From Patescibacteria group bacterium (GTDB taxonomy: Bacteria > Patescibacteriota > Microgenomatia > UBA8517): a DNA stretch of 64,000 bases. This document shows positions 18,661-28,319 of the stretch, in pieces (position 1 is the first letter of the stretch; each line of letters begins with the position of its first letter). The notes below the pieces were generated by a model. That model worked only from the letters and a program-made list of their open reading frames with translations. It did no database searches and was not told the origin of the DNA. The DNA lies in the NCBI GenBank assembly GCA_036835125.1, contig DAITMO010000001.1, forward strand, positions 702,216 through 766,215, written 5' to 3'. Position numbers and translations under genes: made by a program.

Positions 18661-20370
18661 TTACATTTTCTCAAGAGTTTCTATCCCCAATATCTTTAGA
18701 CCATTTTTGAGGACTTGTGCTACCCCACAAGTTAAACCTAATCTAAAATTAGTCACATTCTCATCAGAATTATTCAAAATTGGGCACGAATTATACAAAC
18801 GATTATACTTTCCAGCCAAGTCAAAAAGATAATTGCAAAGAAGGTTTGGTGCGAAATTGAAAGCTGCCTCATCTATTATCTCAGGAAAATGTATAAGAGA
18901 ACGAAGAACTGAAAGCTCATCGTTATTTAAGTCACCTACTAATAAATCCCCAATTTTTTTATGCCCAGACTTTGAAAGAAGAGAATTACATCTTGCAACA
19001 GTGTATTGAAGATATGGACCACTATTACCATTAAGGTTCATCATCTTATCCCAATCAAAAACAACATTGTTCCCCACTGAATGCATGAGGTCAAAATATT
19101 TTACAGCTCCAATACCAACTTCTAGACCTATTTTAGCCTCTTCAAAAGCACTAAGTTTTGTGTGTTTTTTGGACAAATCCATTTTATCTAAAGCTCTTTT
19201 GATGGCTTCATCTAACACCTCTTCCAGTTTTATAGTCTTTCCCTTTCTTGTTGAAAATTTCTTTCCATCAGGTGCCAAATATAAACCGTGAGCGGTGTGT
19301 ACTAGTTTTACATTATCTTTAACAAGTCCTAATAGTTTTGCTGCAGCAAAAAGTTGTTGAAAATGAAGAGTTTGTTCTGCTCCAACTTCATAAATAATGA
19401 TTGATGGATCCCATTTCCTAATTCTGAAAGCAATTGTAGCCATATCACGAGTGGCATAAGTAGTAGCTCCATCACTTTTCAAAAACATTAAAGGAGTATT
19501 GATCCCACTCTTTTCAAGATTAATAACTTTTGCTCCTTCTTCCCCATCTTTCAATAATGATTTAATCTTTGGATATCCCAACATTTGCTTCATTTCACTC
19601 TCGTAGTAACTTTCACCAAAAGCAAAATCGATTGTCACTCCTAGCATTTTGTAAACTCTATCAAATTCTTGCATTGAAACATCCACACATTTTTGCCAGA
19701 TTTCTCGAGCAGTAATGTCTCCATCTTCAAGTTTTTTAAACCAGTTTCTTGCTTTCTCTTCTAAAGAAGCATCTGTTTCAGCTAGTTTATGAAACTCAAC
19801 ATATAGCTTTTCCAAGACATCAATTGATAATTCCTTAGTTTTATTCAAATCAATCATATAAAGAAGCTTTCCAAACTGTGTTCCCCAATCTCCCAAATGA
19901 TTATCCCCAACAACTTCATAACCAAGTGCTTTATAAAGATTATATAAGGCTTGTCCGATAATAGTTGATCGAAGGTGTCCAATACCAAAAGGTTTTGCAA
20001 TATTAGGAGAAGAGTAATCTACAATCACAGTTTTTCCTTTTCCTTTGACACTTTTTCCATAATTTTCTTTCTCTATATCAATCTGTTTCAAAGTATTAAC
20101 TAGAATGTCTTTTTTAAGCCAAAAATTGATAAAACCAGGACCTGCAATTTCAATCTTGTCACAAATTTCTGACAGCTTTTTGTCTTTCTTTAACTTTTCT
20201 ACAAGCTTTACTGCAACTTCTCTTGGGTTATTTTTTTTCTCTTTAGCCAAAATCATAACAATATTTGAACTGTAATCACCAAAAGTTCCATTCTCAGGAG
20301 ATTCTATTAGGACATTCTCTTCTCCACTGGCTTTTTTAATAGCTTCAATAAGCTTTTCTTTTATATCCAT
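18661..20370 (-). CDS. argS: Arginine--tRNA ligase
   Basis: 569 aa; class I HIGH-like SPNIAKPFGIGHLRST, anticodon-binding DALR-type C-terminal domain ending ...GIETLEKM. Confidence 0.9.
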   Translation of the reverse strand: MDIKEKLIEAIKKASGEENVLIESPENGTFGDYSSNIVMILAKEKKNNPREVAVKLVEKLKKDKKLSEICDKIEIAGPGFINFWLKKDILVNTLKQIDIEKENYGKSVKGKGKTVIVDYSSPNIAKPFGIGHLRSTIIGQALYNLYKALGYEVVGDNHLGDWGTQFGKLLYMIDLNKTKELSIDVLEKLYVEFHKLAETDASLEEKARNWFKKLEDGDITAREIWQKCVDVSMQEFDRVYKMLGVTIDFAFGESYYESEMKQMLGYPKIKSLLKDGEEGAKVINLEKSGINTPLMFLKSDGATTYATRDMATIAFRIRKWDPSIIIYEVGAEQTLHFQQLFAAAKLLGLVKDNVKLVHTAHGLYLAPDGKKFSTRKGKTIKLEEVLDEAIKRALDKMDLSKKHTKLSAFEEAKIGLEVGIGAVKYFDLMHSVGNNVVFDWDKMMNLNGNSGPYLQYTVARCNSLLSKSGHKKIGDLLVGDLNNDELSVLRSLIHFPEIIDEAAFNFAPNLLCNYLFDLAGKYNRLYNSCPILNNSDENVTNFRLGLTCGVAQVLKNGLKILGIETLEKM

Positions 20371-20413
20371 ACCCTATTTTAACAGTATTTTAATCTACTT
20401 GTTAAATTAATTT

Positions 20414-20659
20414 TTGAAGCATAGAATAAAACCTTCTATGACTCTTGAAAGAGAAGCTATCGACGAAAAAACTCCACCAATGCCGATTGGTACCAAAAGA
20501 GTAGCTTTTGAATATAAAGGTTTTTTGGGAATTGGAAAATATCAAATAATCCATGAAGTGATTGAATCAAACTCTGGATGGAAAGATACATACCATCGTG
20601 AACCCCCAAATCAAAATCACTGTCACGCTCTTAAGCGTTGCCTCAAATCTATCGTTTAA
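20414..20659 (+). CDS. Hypothetical small protein
   Basis: 81-aa ORF between argS and the comEC beta-lactamase-domain gene; no recognisable motif; may be spurious. Confidence 0.25.
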   Translation: MKHRIKPSMTLEREAIDEKTPPMPIGTKRVAFEYKGFLGIGKYQIIHEVIESNSGWKDTYHREPPNQNHCHALKRCLKSIV

Positions 20660-21533
20660 CCCAGTATTTTTTGCCATCAGTAACTACCTCAACATCTCCT
20701 AGTTCATCTGTTCTTAGTGTCTTTACATCATATTTTGTAAGCATATTTAATATTTCTTCTTTGGGTAATCCCCATTGGTTTTCCCCAACACTAATAACCG
20801 CAATTTTAGGCATGACAATCTTGAGGAGATTTTCAGTTATTCCATTAATACTTCCATGATGAGGTATTTTGATATAGTTTAGGGATTTGACTTCTCTAAC
20901 TCCTGCCAACTCATCACCAACCTCAGGAGGAATATCTCCAGTAAACAGTCCAGTAAAGCTCCCAAACCTGAGCTTATATGTGATTGAATAAAGATTGGCG
21001 TCTTTTGAAAATGCATACATGCTAAGATTGTCATTATCTTTTTCTAAACTCAAAGTACTTAATAATTTATGAGTTGGTGTGAGTATATCCAAATATATCA
21101 AACCCAACCCCAACTTCATACCTGTCTTAGGATTAACTACCCCAATACCCCTACCCCCCACCTCATTTTTTAGCGCTTTATACTCTGAAGTGCCAGGATC
21201 TATTGGATTAATGGCTATAATACCCACCTTGTAGCTTTGAAGTACATCAATAAGTCCTGTAATGTGGTCACTATCTGAATGTGTTGCAATAACAAGCTCA
21301 ATGTTTCTATCCCAAAACGGGATGTAGCGTCCCAGACAATCCATAACACTACTATCTGGCCCCCCATCAGTCAAAATCTGAGTATTTTTATAAGTAATTA
21401 GAATTGCGTCCCCTTGCCCAACGTCACAAGCAATAATATGCAAGTTTTTATCTGGAAATTGAAATATAGCAACAACAAAAGTAGAAAGAGTAAGTATTAA
21501 CAGGATAAAAATGTACTTCCAAAGCTTATTCAT
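20649..21533 (-). CDS. comEC: ComEC/Rec2 C-terminal metallo-beta-lactamase-fold domain protein (split comEC, part 2)
   Basis: 294 aa; MBL motifs IIACDVGQGDA and ATHSDSDHITG; signal/TM N-terminus; 4-bp overlap with upstream membrane part. Confidence 0.7.
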   Translation of the reverse strand: MNKLWKYIFILLILTLSTFVVAIFQFPDKNLHIIACDVGQGDAILITYKNTQILTDGGPDSSVMDCLGRYIPFWDRNIELVIATHSDSDHITGLIDVLQSYKVGIIAINPIDPGTSEYKALKNEVGGRGIGVVNPKTGMKLGLGLIYLDILTPTHKLLSTLSLEKDNDNLSMYAFSKDANLYSITYKLRFGSFTGLFTGDIPPEVGDELAGVREVKSLNYIKIPHHGSINGITENLLKIVMPKIAVISVGENQWGLPKEEILNMLTKYDVKTLRTDELGDVEVVTDGKKYWVKR

Positions 21534-22645
21534 GCAAATATTTCAACTATTTTAGTAAACCAAAGTCCTAAAGGATAACCTATATATAGTATTAGTTTTC
21601 CCAAAAAAGGAAATAATAGTCCGACAGTCCCACCTAAAGCGCCCAAAATCATAATCAAAGGCACAGTCCAAAGCACCAATACATTAACTATTGGAGAAAG
21701 AAGACTAAACTTCCCAAATGTAACAAAGATGATTGGAGCAACTCCAATTTGAGCAGAAAGTGTGGTTGATAAGTCCTGTTTAATTATATCAGGCATAAAT
21801 TTAAAGAAATTTAGGATTTTCTTTGAAAAAATCATAATTGAAGCTGTAGAAACAAAAGAAAGTATAAAGCCAAGGTCTGTTACCCAAAGAGGATTGACTA
21901 CCAACATAACTCCTGCAGTTAATAATAAATTTTTAAAAGAATTAAGAATACGACCTCTACTTTCCACCAAAAAAGATACCCCTGCCATAATAGATGCTCT
22001 TATAAGAGGTGCTTGAAAACCTGACAAAAACAGATACAAAAGAATACTTAATATAACAATCAATATCGATTTTCGCCTTGAAAGAAAAAGTGAAGTGACA
22101 CCAAAAACAAAAATAATGACAAAGGTAACATTGGTTCCTGACGCTACAATTACATGAGCAATACCAGTTTCTTTTGCTTTCTCCCAAAAGTCCAAAGATA
22201 GTGCCCCACTACTACCCAATACAACTCCAGAAAAAAGTCCACTTACTGGCTGTGGTATATTTTTTTCATAAAAATCTATTATCTTTTTTCTAAAACTTGA
22301 CCCAAAACCATAAAACTCATCTTTAGAAAGTAGTTTTGCTTTTTTAATTTTTCCATCTTCCACTACCCCTTCAATTACAATTTTGTCTCCATAATAAACT
22401 TCCGGATATTTTGGCAAATAAACTTTTATTCCCGCGGCGGAAAATGATTGACGACTTCCAAAAACTTTTGGGTCAGAAAAAACTGTTGCAGTTATTCGGA
22501 CTTTGTCTCCATTTTTATAAGTAGGTCTGGTTATAAAAAACCTAACAACAATTAATAAAAATAAAAGTAACCAAATAAAATACTTTTTAAAAGTTTTTGA
22601 AGTTTTCATTATCAAAAAACACCAAAAAATAACAAAATTTAGCAA
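21530..22645 (-). CDS. comEC: ComEC/Rec2 DNA internalisation channel, membrane (competence) domain (split comEC, part 1)
   Basis: 371 aa; N-terminal OB-like segment followed by multi-TM competence domain (GIAHVIVASGTNVTFV). Confidence 0.7.
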   Translation of the reverse strand: MLNFVIFWCFLIMKTSKTFKKYFIWLLLFLLIVVRFFITRPTYKNGDKVRITATVFSDPKVFGSRQSFSAAGIKVYLPKYPEVYYGDKIVIEGVVEDGKIKKAKLLSKDEFYGFGSSFRKKIIDFYEKNIPQPVSGLFSGVVLGSSGALSLDFWEKAKETGIAHVIVASGTNVTFVIIFVFGVTSLFLSRRKSILIVILSILLYLFLSGFQAPLIRASIMAGVSFLVESRGRILNSFKNLLLTAGVMLVVNPLWVTDLGFILSFVSTASIMIFSKKILNFFKFMPDIIKQDLSTTLSAQIGVAPIIFVTFGKFSLLSPIVNVLVLWTVPLIMILGALGGTVGLLFPFLGKLILYIGYPLGLWFTKIVEIFA

Positions 22646-22710
22646 ATAGTTGTTGTCTATATTTTGTAAAAATTTAATTAAAAAATAGACAAATGACAGT
22701 AAATTAAAAA

Positions 22711-23340
22711 CTAATAGACTGTAATACTATCTTTAATTTTTTCGTATAATGTTTGGGTGATTGCCCCACTTTTTACCAGGTCCTCTATTTTTGAGTAAGG
22801 ACGGTGATCAATGATCTTTTGGGCGTAAGTAGGGCCAATTCCGGGCAAAGTATCAAGTTCTGTAAGGCTTCCTGTATTAACATTTATTAAGCTGTTACTA
22901 TCGGATGAATTTGACCCTGATTCACTTTGATATACTACTCCAGAATTAGCACTCAGATTATTTGACTGCTGATTAACAACAGGTATATAGACCTTTTGTG
23001 CATCTTCCAAAACTGATGCACGGTTTAGATATTTATCGGTCCAATTTCTGTCTGCAGACGCTGTTAGACCTCCTGAAACTATTAAAAGGTCATCAATTCT
23101 AGACCCAATTGGTAATTTATAAACTCCAGGTTTTATTACCGCTCCAGCAATTTCTACGGTAATTTCTCCTCCACTATTTTTATCACTAGTAGTTTCTAAA
23201 ATTTCAACCTTTGACCCACCAAAATCCAAAGACTTTTTAAAAAACAAAATTCCCCCACTAACCATTATTAGTCCTAGAACTATCACCAAAAGATAGTAGC
23301 GATACTTTAAAAAAAATTCATTGATATCGAAACCTTGCAT
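22711..23340 (-). CDS. comEA: Competence protein ComEA (SLBB plus tandem helix-hairpin-helix DNA-binding domain)
   Basis: 209 aa; N-terminal TM, SLBB-like GVYKLPIGSRIDDLLIVSGG, C-terminal HhH LTELDTLPGIGPTYAQKIIDHRPYSKIEDL. Confidence 0.75.
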   Translation of the reverse strand: MQGFDINEFFLKYRYYLLVIVLGLIMVSGGILFFKKSLDFGGSKVEILETTSDKNSGGEITVEIAGAVIKPGVYKLPIGSRIDDLLIVSGGLTASADRNWTDKYLNRASVLEDAQKVYIPVVNQQSNNLSANSGVVYQSESGSNSSDSNSLINVNTGSLTELDTLPGIGPTYAQKIIDHRPYSKIEDLVKSGAITQTLYEKIKDSITVY

Positions 23341-23388
23341 TAATTAGTTATATAACAGAAGGTTATTAAAAAGGTAGTCCTTTTTTTG

Positions 23389-25725
23389 TTAATTACCAAG
23401 AACGAAGTTTATAAGTTTTCCTGAAATAAAGATTGTCTTTTTAATTATTTGTCTTTCTAACCATTTAGAAGCTTTTACGTCCTCTTTGGCTAGTTTTGTT
23501 ATTTCTTCTTCATCTTTAGAAATATTTTGATCAACGCTCAACAATCCTCTTACCTTTCCATTGATCTGTACAGTGATCGTAACTATATCATTCACTATCT
23601 TACTATCATCATATTTAGGCCAATTCACTTTGTGAACACTAAAAGAATTTCCTAATATTTCTACCCATACTTCCTCTGCTAAGTGTGGAGCAAAGGGTGC
23701 AATAAGACGACAAAGAATATCAAGGGTTTCTTTTTCTACAAAGTCTTCTTTCTCAAGCACATTTGTCAACTCCATAATAGAAGCTATGGCTGTATTATAC
23801 TTAAAATTATACATATCTTCTGTTACTTTTTTAATTGTTTGGTGTATCTTTGAGGTCACTTTTGAATCTATCTCAATATTTCCTTCAGAAGTTTTATTTA
23901 GTAGCTTCCAAAGCCTTCCTACAAAGCGCTGCATTCCTTCAATTCCACTGTCTCTGAAGTCGGGAGAGGCATCCATGGGACCCAAGAACATAACATAAAG
24001 CCTTAATGTGTCAGCCCCAAACTTAGATACATAATCATCAGGATTAACTACATTGCCTCGAGATTTACTCATTTTGGCTCCATCTTTAATCATAAGTCCA
24101 TGAGCAAAGAACTTTGGAAATGGCTCATCAAAATTAATTATATTAAGATCGAAAAGTACTTTTGTAACAAATCTTGAATACATTAAATGGAGCACTGAAT
24201 GCTCTGCCCCTCCAAAATAAAGGTCTACTGGAAGCCAATTTTTGGTTATTTCAGGATCCATTGCTTCTTTTTCATCCCCAACTGAAGGATAACGCAAGAA
24301 ATACCAGCTTGAATCTACAAATGTATCCATTACATCAGTCTCACGTCTTGCTTCCCCACCACATTTTGGACAAGAGACTTTCCAAAACTCCTCATGATTT
24401 GCCAAGGGTCCTTTTCCTGTGCCTTCAGGTTTATAGTCTGATATGTTTGGAAGTAGTACTGGAAGATCATTCTCAGGTACTGGTACCCATCCACATTTAG
24501 AACACTCTATCATTGGAATTGGTGCTCCCCAGTAGCGCTGCCTGCTTACCAACCAATCACGGAGATGGTAATTAGTGTGTTTCACTCCCCAATCTTCTTT
24601 TTCAATCTTTTCCCAGAGACTCTCATCAGGATCTTTTTCTACTATATCCAAATGATACTTTTTAGCAAAATCCATATCACGTTCATCATGAGCAGGCACT
24701 CCCATAATAGCCCCTGTCCCATAACCGGGAGCAACATAATTTGTTTTCCAGATTGGTAGTTTTTTGCCACTTAGTGGATCAATTGCAAATTTCCCTGTGT
24801 CTTCTCCAAGTTTTTCTTCTGATTTTTTGTTATAAAGCTCCTCATCTGCAAGTGCAATAAAGGAAACTGCGTTTAAAGTGTCAGGTCGAGTTGTAAAAAC
24901 CTCAATATCTCCCTCTTCCCCATCAATTTTGAACTTAATAAGCATCCCAAAACTTCTCCCTATCCAGTTTTTCTGTGCAAGACTTACCCGAGAACTCCAG
25001 TCGATTCTTTCTAAACCTTCAAGAAGTTTATCTGCATAATCTGTAATCTTAAAAAACCATTGTTCAAGCTCTTTTTTCTCAGCTATAGTTCCACACCTCT
25101 CACAAACCTTCATCTCAGGAAACTGCTCTACAACTTCCCCTTGGGCGTTTTTTGGTTCCTTCCCCGCTTGAGCTGGCGTCACAACTTGTTCGTCGGCTAG
25201 TACTGTTTTACAAGAAGGGCAAAAATTAACCTCAGCTTTCTTTTTATATGCCAAGCCCTTCTCCCACATCTTTAAAAACAACCACTGTGTCCATTTATAG
25301 TAATCTGGATCAGAAGTGGTTACTGTATGTGTCCAATCATATCCATGTCCCAAACCTCTCATTTGTTCTTCATAGTGTTTTGTAGTTCTTTTAACTACTT
25401 CATGAGGATCCTCTCCAATTTTTATTGCATAGTTCTCTGAGTGAATTCCAAAAGAATCATATCCGATGGGTTGAAACACATCCCTCCCCTGCATTCTCAT
25501 AAACCTTCCAAAGATATCACTACCTGTTGAAGCATAAGCATGACCTGCATGTAATCCTTCCGCGGAAGGATATGGAAACATCCAAAGATTATAGAATTTC
25601 TCTTTGGAACCTCCTTTATTGTTTCTATTAATCTTTATGTCAGGAGAATATATTTTTTCTTTCTCCCACCTCTCCTGCCACTTTTTTTCAACACTTTTGT
25701 GGTTGTACTTATCCATATTTGTCAA
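23389..25725 (-). CDS. leuS: Leucine--tRNA ligase
   Basis: 778 aa; class I motifs HAGHAYASTGSDIFGRF (HIGH region) and KMSKSRGN (KMSKS); CP1 editing-domain collinearity. Confidence 0.95.
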   Translation of the reverse strand: MTNMDKYNHKSVEKKWQERWEKEKIYSPDIKINRNNKGGSKEKFYNLWMFPYPSAEGLHAGHAYASTGSDIFGRFMRMQGRDVFQPIGYDSFGIHSENYAIKIGEDPHEVVKRTTKHYEEQMRGLGHGYDWTHTVTTSDPDYYKWTQWLFLKMWEKGLAYKKKAEVNFCPSCKTVLADEQVVTPAQAGKEPKNAQGEVVEQFPEMKVCERCGTIAEKKELEQWFFKITDYADKLLEGLERIDWSSRVSLAQKNWIGRSFGMLIKFKIDGEEGDIEVFTTRPDTLNAVSFIALADEELYNKKSEEKLGEDTGKFAIDPLSGKKLPIWKTNYVAPGYGTGAIMGVPAHDERDMDFAKKYHLDIVEKDPDESLWEKIEKEDWGVKHTNYHLRDWLVSRQRYWGAPIPMIECSKCGWVPVPENDLPVLLPNISDYKPEGTGKGPLANHEEFWKVSCPKCGGEARRETDVMDTFVDSSWYFLRYPSVGDEKEAMDPEITKNWLPVDLYFGGAEHSVLHLMYSRFVTKVLFDLNIINFDEPFPKFFAHGLMIKDGAKMSKSRGNVVNPDDYVSKFGADTLRLYVMFLGPMDASPDFRDSGIEGMQRFVGRLWKLLNKTSEGNIEIDSKVTSKIHQTIKKVTEDMYNFKYNTAIASIMELTNVLEKEDFVEKETLDILCRLIAPFAPHLAEEVWVEILGNSFSVHKVNWPKYDDSKIVNDIVTITVQINGKVRGLLSVDQNISKDEEEITKLAKEDVKASKWLERQIIKKTIFISGKLINFVLGN

Positions 25726-25785
25726 TTTTACATCGATAGATGAAAATTATTGTTAATTTTACCACTTTGACGTACACTTTTACTA

Positions 25786-26499
25786 ATGCCTAATAAAAAG
25801 ATACTTACTCATAATGTTCTTGTTGTTGTAGCCTTAGGGTTGGCATATTTTATTGCCCAAACTGAGCTTTCCACTTATAGCCTTCAAATATCAGGTCTTC
25901 TTGTTGCAATTTATATGTTTATTTCTTTTCTTATAAGGAAAAAGTTTTTGACTCCCACTTCCCGAGTAACATTTGATATTTTCGTTTTTTCATTTGCAGT
26001 ATCATTTTTACTCTTTACAACAGGGGGCTTTACTTCCCCAATATTCTTTTTGACATACTTTTTACTTTTTGGAATTGCCCTACTTTCCAAACCCTCTACC
26101 TCAATAGTTGCAGCCGTAGTCTTTGTTGTAATTTTTATACTAACTCCAAGATCCGACTACTGGGCAGAAATTTTACAAATTGCTTCCCTCCTTTCCATTG
26201 CTCCAATTTCTGCTATGTTTGGAAAACAACACATACAAATATTCCAGGATAGTCAGAAAATAAATGTATTAAAAAATATAAGCCAAGACTTTGCCGATGA
26301 AGTCAAAACCCAAAAAGAAGAGGTTAAAAGCTGGACTGACGGGGACTTTAGAGAAAAATTGGTTGAAATGCAAAAACACCTTAAAGAGTTATCAAATGAT
26401 CCTGAGATACCTGAAGAAAAAAAGACAAAAATTAAAGTTCTCAATGAACAAATATATGATCTCTTTCAAAGTGGAAAAAAGATGGAAAAAGAGATATAG
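25786..26499 (+). CDS. Membrane protein (about 5 TM) with cytoplasmic coiled-coil C-terminus
   Basis: 237 aa; hydrophobic helices in first 150 aa, charged helical tail; first + strand gene of the surface island. Confidence 0.45.
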   Translation: MPNKKILTHNVLVVVALGLAYFIAQTELSTYSLQISGLLVAIYMFISFLIRKKFLTPTSRVTFDIFVFSFAVSFLLFTTGGFTSPIFFLTYFLLFGIALLSKPSTSIVAAVVFVVIFILTPRSDYWAEILQIASLLSIAPISAMFGKQHIQIFQDSQKINVLKNISQDFADEVKTQKEEVKSWTDGDFREKLVEMQKHLKELSNDPEIPEEKKTKIKVLNEQIYDLFQSGKKMEKEI

Positions 26500-26506
26500 A
26501 ATAGCT

Positions 26507-27262
26507 ATGTCAAAAAGAGCCTCAAAAATACTTGCTTCTTCACTTCCCCCTTTAATTACCATTTCTTTAATGGCTCTATTTTTTTTCTCTTTTTATACTC
26601 ACACACATGCCCAAGCAACAATTGAGTCTGATAACTTCAAAATTCAAATGCCAAATTTTAATAGTGGAGCAGGAATTCCATCATCAAATAATTACAAATT
26701 GAATACTACGATAGGACAAACCGCTCCTGGTCTTTTTTCATCAAATGGATACTTAGTTAGATCAGGCTTTCAATACATAAACTCAATAATTCCCTTCTCA
26801 TTTTCCATAAGTAACTTCTTAATTAATTTTGGAATACTCACCCCAGGCACACCATCTACTGTCACAAGCACTCTCACTGTTTCTTCAGGTGGAGCAGGAG
26901 GATACAAAGTAACAGCAAGAGAATCTGATTACCTAAAATCAACAGAAAGCTCAATTCCAGACGCAACTTGTGATGATGGCTTTTGTACACAGTCCTCTGC
27001 CACACCCTGGACGCTTGATACAGCCTATGGTTTTGGCTACAACATGCAGGGAGACGACGTCCCTGCTGATTTCACGGACTCAACATACTACCGTCACTTT
27101 GCAAATCAAGCACAATCCCAAGCAGATCAAATTGTTATGTCAAGTGCTGTTGTGGGAAGAGGAAGAGTTTCCACAATTACATATAAAATAAATATCTCAG
27201 GAATCCAAGCAGCAGGACAATATCAAAATAATATACTTTTTACAGCAATACCTAGTTTCTGA
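26507..27262 (+). CDS. Secreted surface protein, possibly WxL-like
   Basis: The ORF track's start at 26291 overlaps the upstream gene; ATG at 26507 gives a 252-aa protein with signal peptide MSKRASKILASSLPPLITISLMALFFFSF...AQA. It contains PWTLD (WxL-like motif) and its C-terminus ...AGQYQNNILFTAIPSF is paralogous to that of the 28320 gene. Confidence 0.45.
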   Translation: MSKRASKILASSLPPLITISLMALFFFSFYTHTHAQATIESDNFKIQMPNFNSGAGIPSSNNYKLNTTIGQTAPGLFSSNGYLVRSGFQYINSIIPFSFSISNFLINFGILTPGTPSTVTSTLTVSSGGAGGYKVTARESDYLKSTESSIPDATCDDGFCTQSSATPWTLDTAYGFGYNMQGDDVPADFTDSTYYRHFANQAQSQADQIVMSSAVVGRGRVSTITYKINISGIQAAGQYQNNILFTAIPSF

Positions 27263-27290
27263 TAATAGAATCAAAAAAACATAAACAAAA

Positions 27291-28265
27291 ATGAGTAAAA
27301 TAATTAAAATTTCACTACTTTTACCTTTATTTATATCTTTAACGTTCCTATTGCCATTTCTATATTCAAACCCAATACATGCTCAAACTCTTGGTCTTTC
27401 AATTACTCCCCCAATTAGCGAAATAGTAATAATGCCAGGAAAAGAAACAGTCCAGAATTTTACAATTTCCAATGATGGAAACGATGGAATTGCAAGTATT
27501 TATTTGATTCCTTTTAGAGCTCAAGGAGAAGAAGGAAGTGTGGCACTTGATGAAGAAAGTATTATTGATGATTCTTCTCTATTCATGCCTTGGTTCAATT
27601 TAGTTTCTCCTGTTGGAAATCTTGGAGAAAAATTCTATATGGCAGGAGGGTCTCAAAAGACTGTGACTCTTTATATTTCTCCCCCATTGGATGCACCCAA
27701 TAAAGACTACTACTTCACTCTTATTTTTGAACTTGATAATGAAATTCCTCAAGGAAGTATAGCAACAGGATCAGAAAGTCGCGCAAGAATTGGAACAAAC
27801 ATTTTAATTTCCGTATCAGACAGAGAAAACCCCTCAAAAAATCTTAACATTACAGAATTCTCAGCCCTCAAAGTAATCGACTCACTTTCCAAACTCAAAT
27901 ACACAGTTCGAATTGGGAATTATGGTTCATACTTTTTAAAAACCATAGGTAAAATATCAATTGATCCAATTATTGGAGAAATCGAAACACTATCACTTGC
28001 CCCACTAAATGTAATATCAGATTCTATAAGAAATATTTCCTGCATAGAAAGTGAGGAAATTGTAAAATGCCAATCATCCAAAAATGTTCTTTTTGGAGTG
28101 TATAAATCAACTATTTCTGTAAGTGCTGATGAGATAGGACAAATTCAGGAAAAAACTATAACAACTGTAGCTTTTCCATTTTCAATTCTTTCTGTAGCTA
28201 TATTGATATTCATAACCTACAGGATAATTAAAAGAAATAATGATAAAAAAATCGCTTCTACTTGA
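27291..28265 (+). CDS. Cell-surface protein with signal peptide and C-terminal TM anchor (DUF916/CscA-like topology)
   Basis: 324 aa; signal peptide, conserved I-P-P-I...PGKETVQNFTISNDGND block, C-terminal TM (FPFSILSVAILIFITY) plus basic tail RIIKRNNDKK. Confidence 0.5.
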   Translation: MSKIIKISLLLPLFISLTFLLPFLYSNPIHAQTLGLSITPPISEIVIMPGKETVQNFTISNDGNDGIASIYLIPFRAQGEEGSVALDEESIIDDSSLFMPWFNLVSPVGNLGEKFYMAGGSQKTVTLYISPPLDAPNKDYYFTLIFELDNEIPQGSIATGSESRARIGTNILISVSDRENPSKNLNITEFSALKVIDSLSKLKYTVRIGNYGSYFLKTIGKISIDPIIGEIETLSLAPLNVISDSIRNISCIESEEIVKCQSSKNVLFGVYKSTISVSADEIGQIQEKTITTVAFPFSILSVAILIFITYRIIKRNNDKKIAST

Positions 28266-28319
28266 CAGTGTTTTTCACAAGTTTGATAATGGTTTTAAGC
28301 CGGTTTTTTTACTGGTGAT

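Noticed and set aside
26291-26506. N-terminal 72 codons of the ORF-track entry 26291-27262
   Set aside because: This stretch overlaps the 3' end of the 25786-26499 gene in another frame. The ATG at 26507 is followed immediately by a canonical signal peptide, so the gene was re-started there
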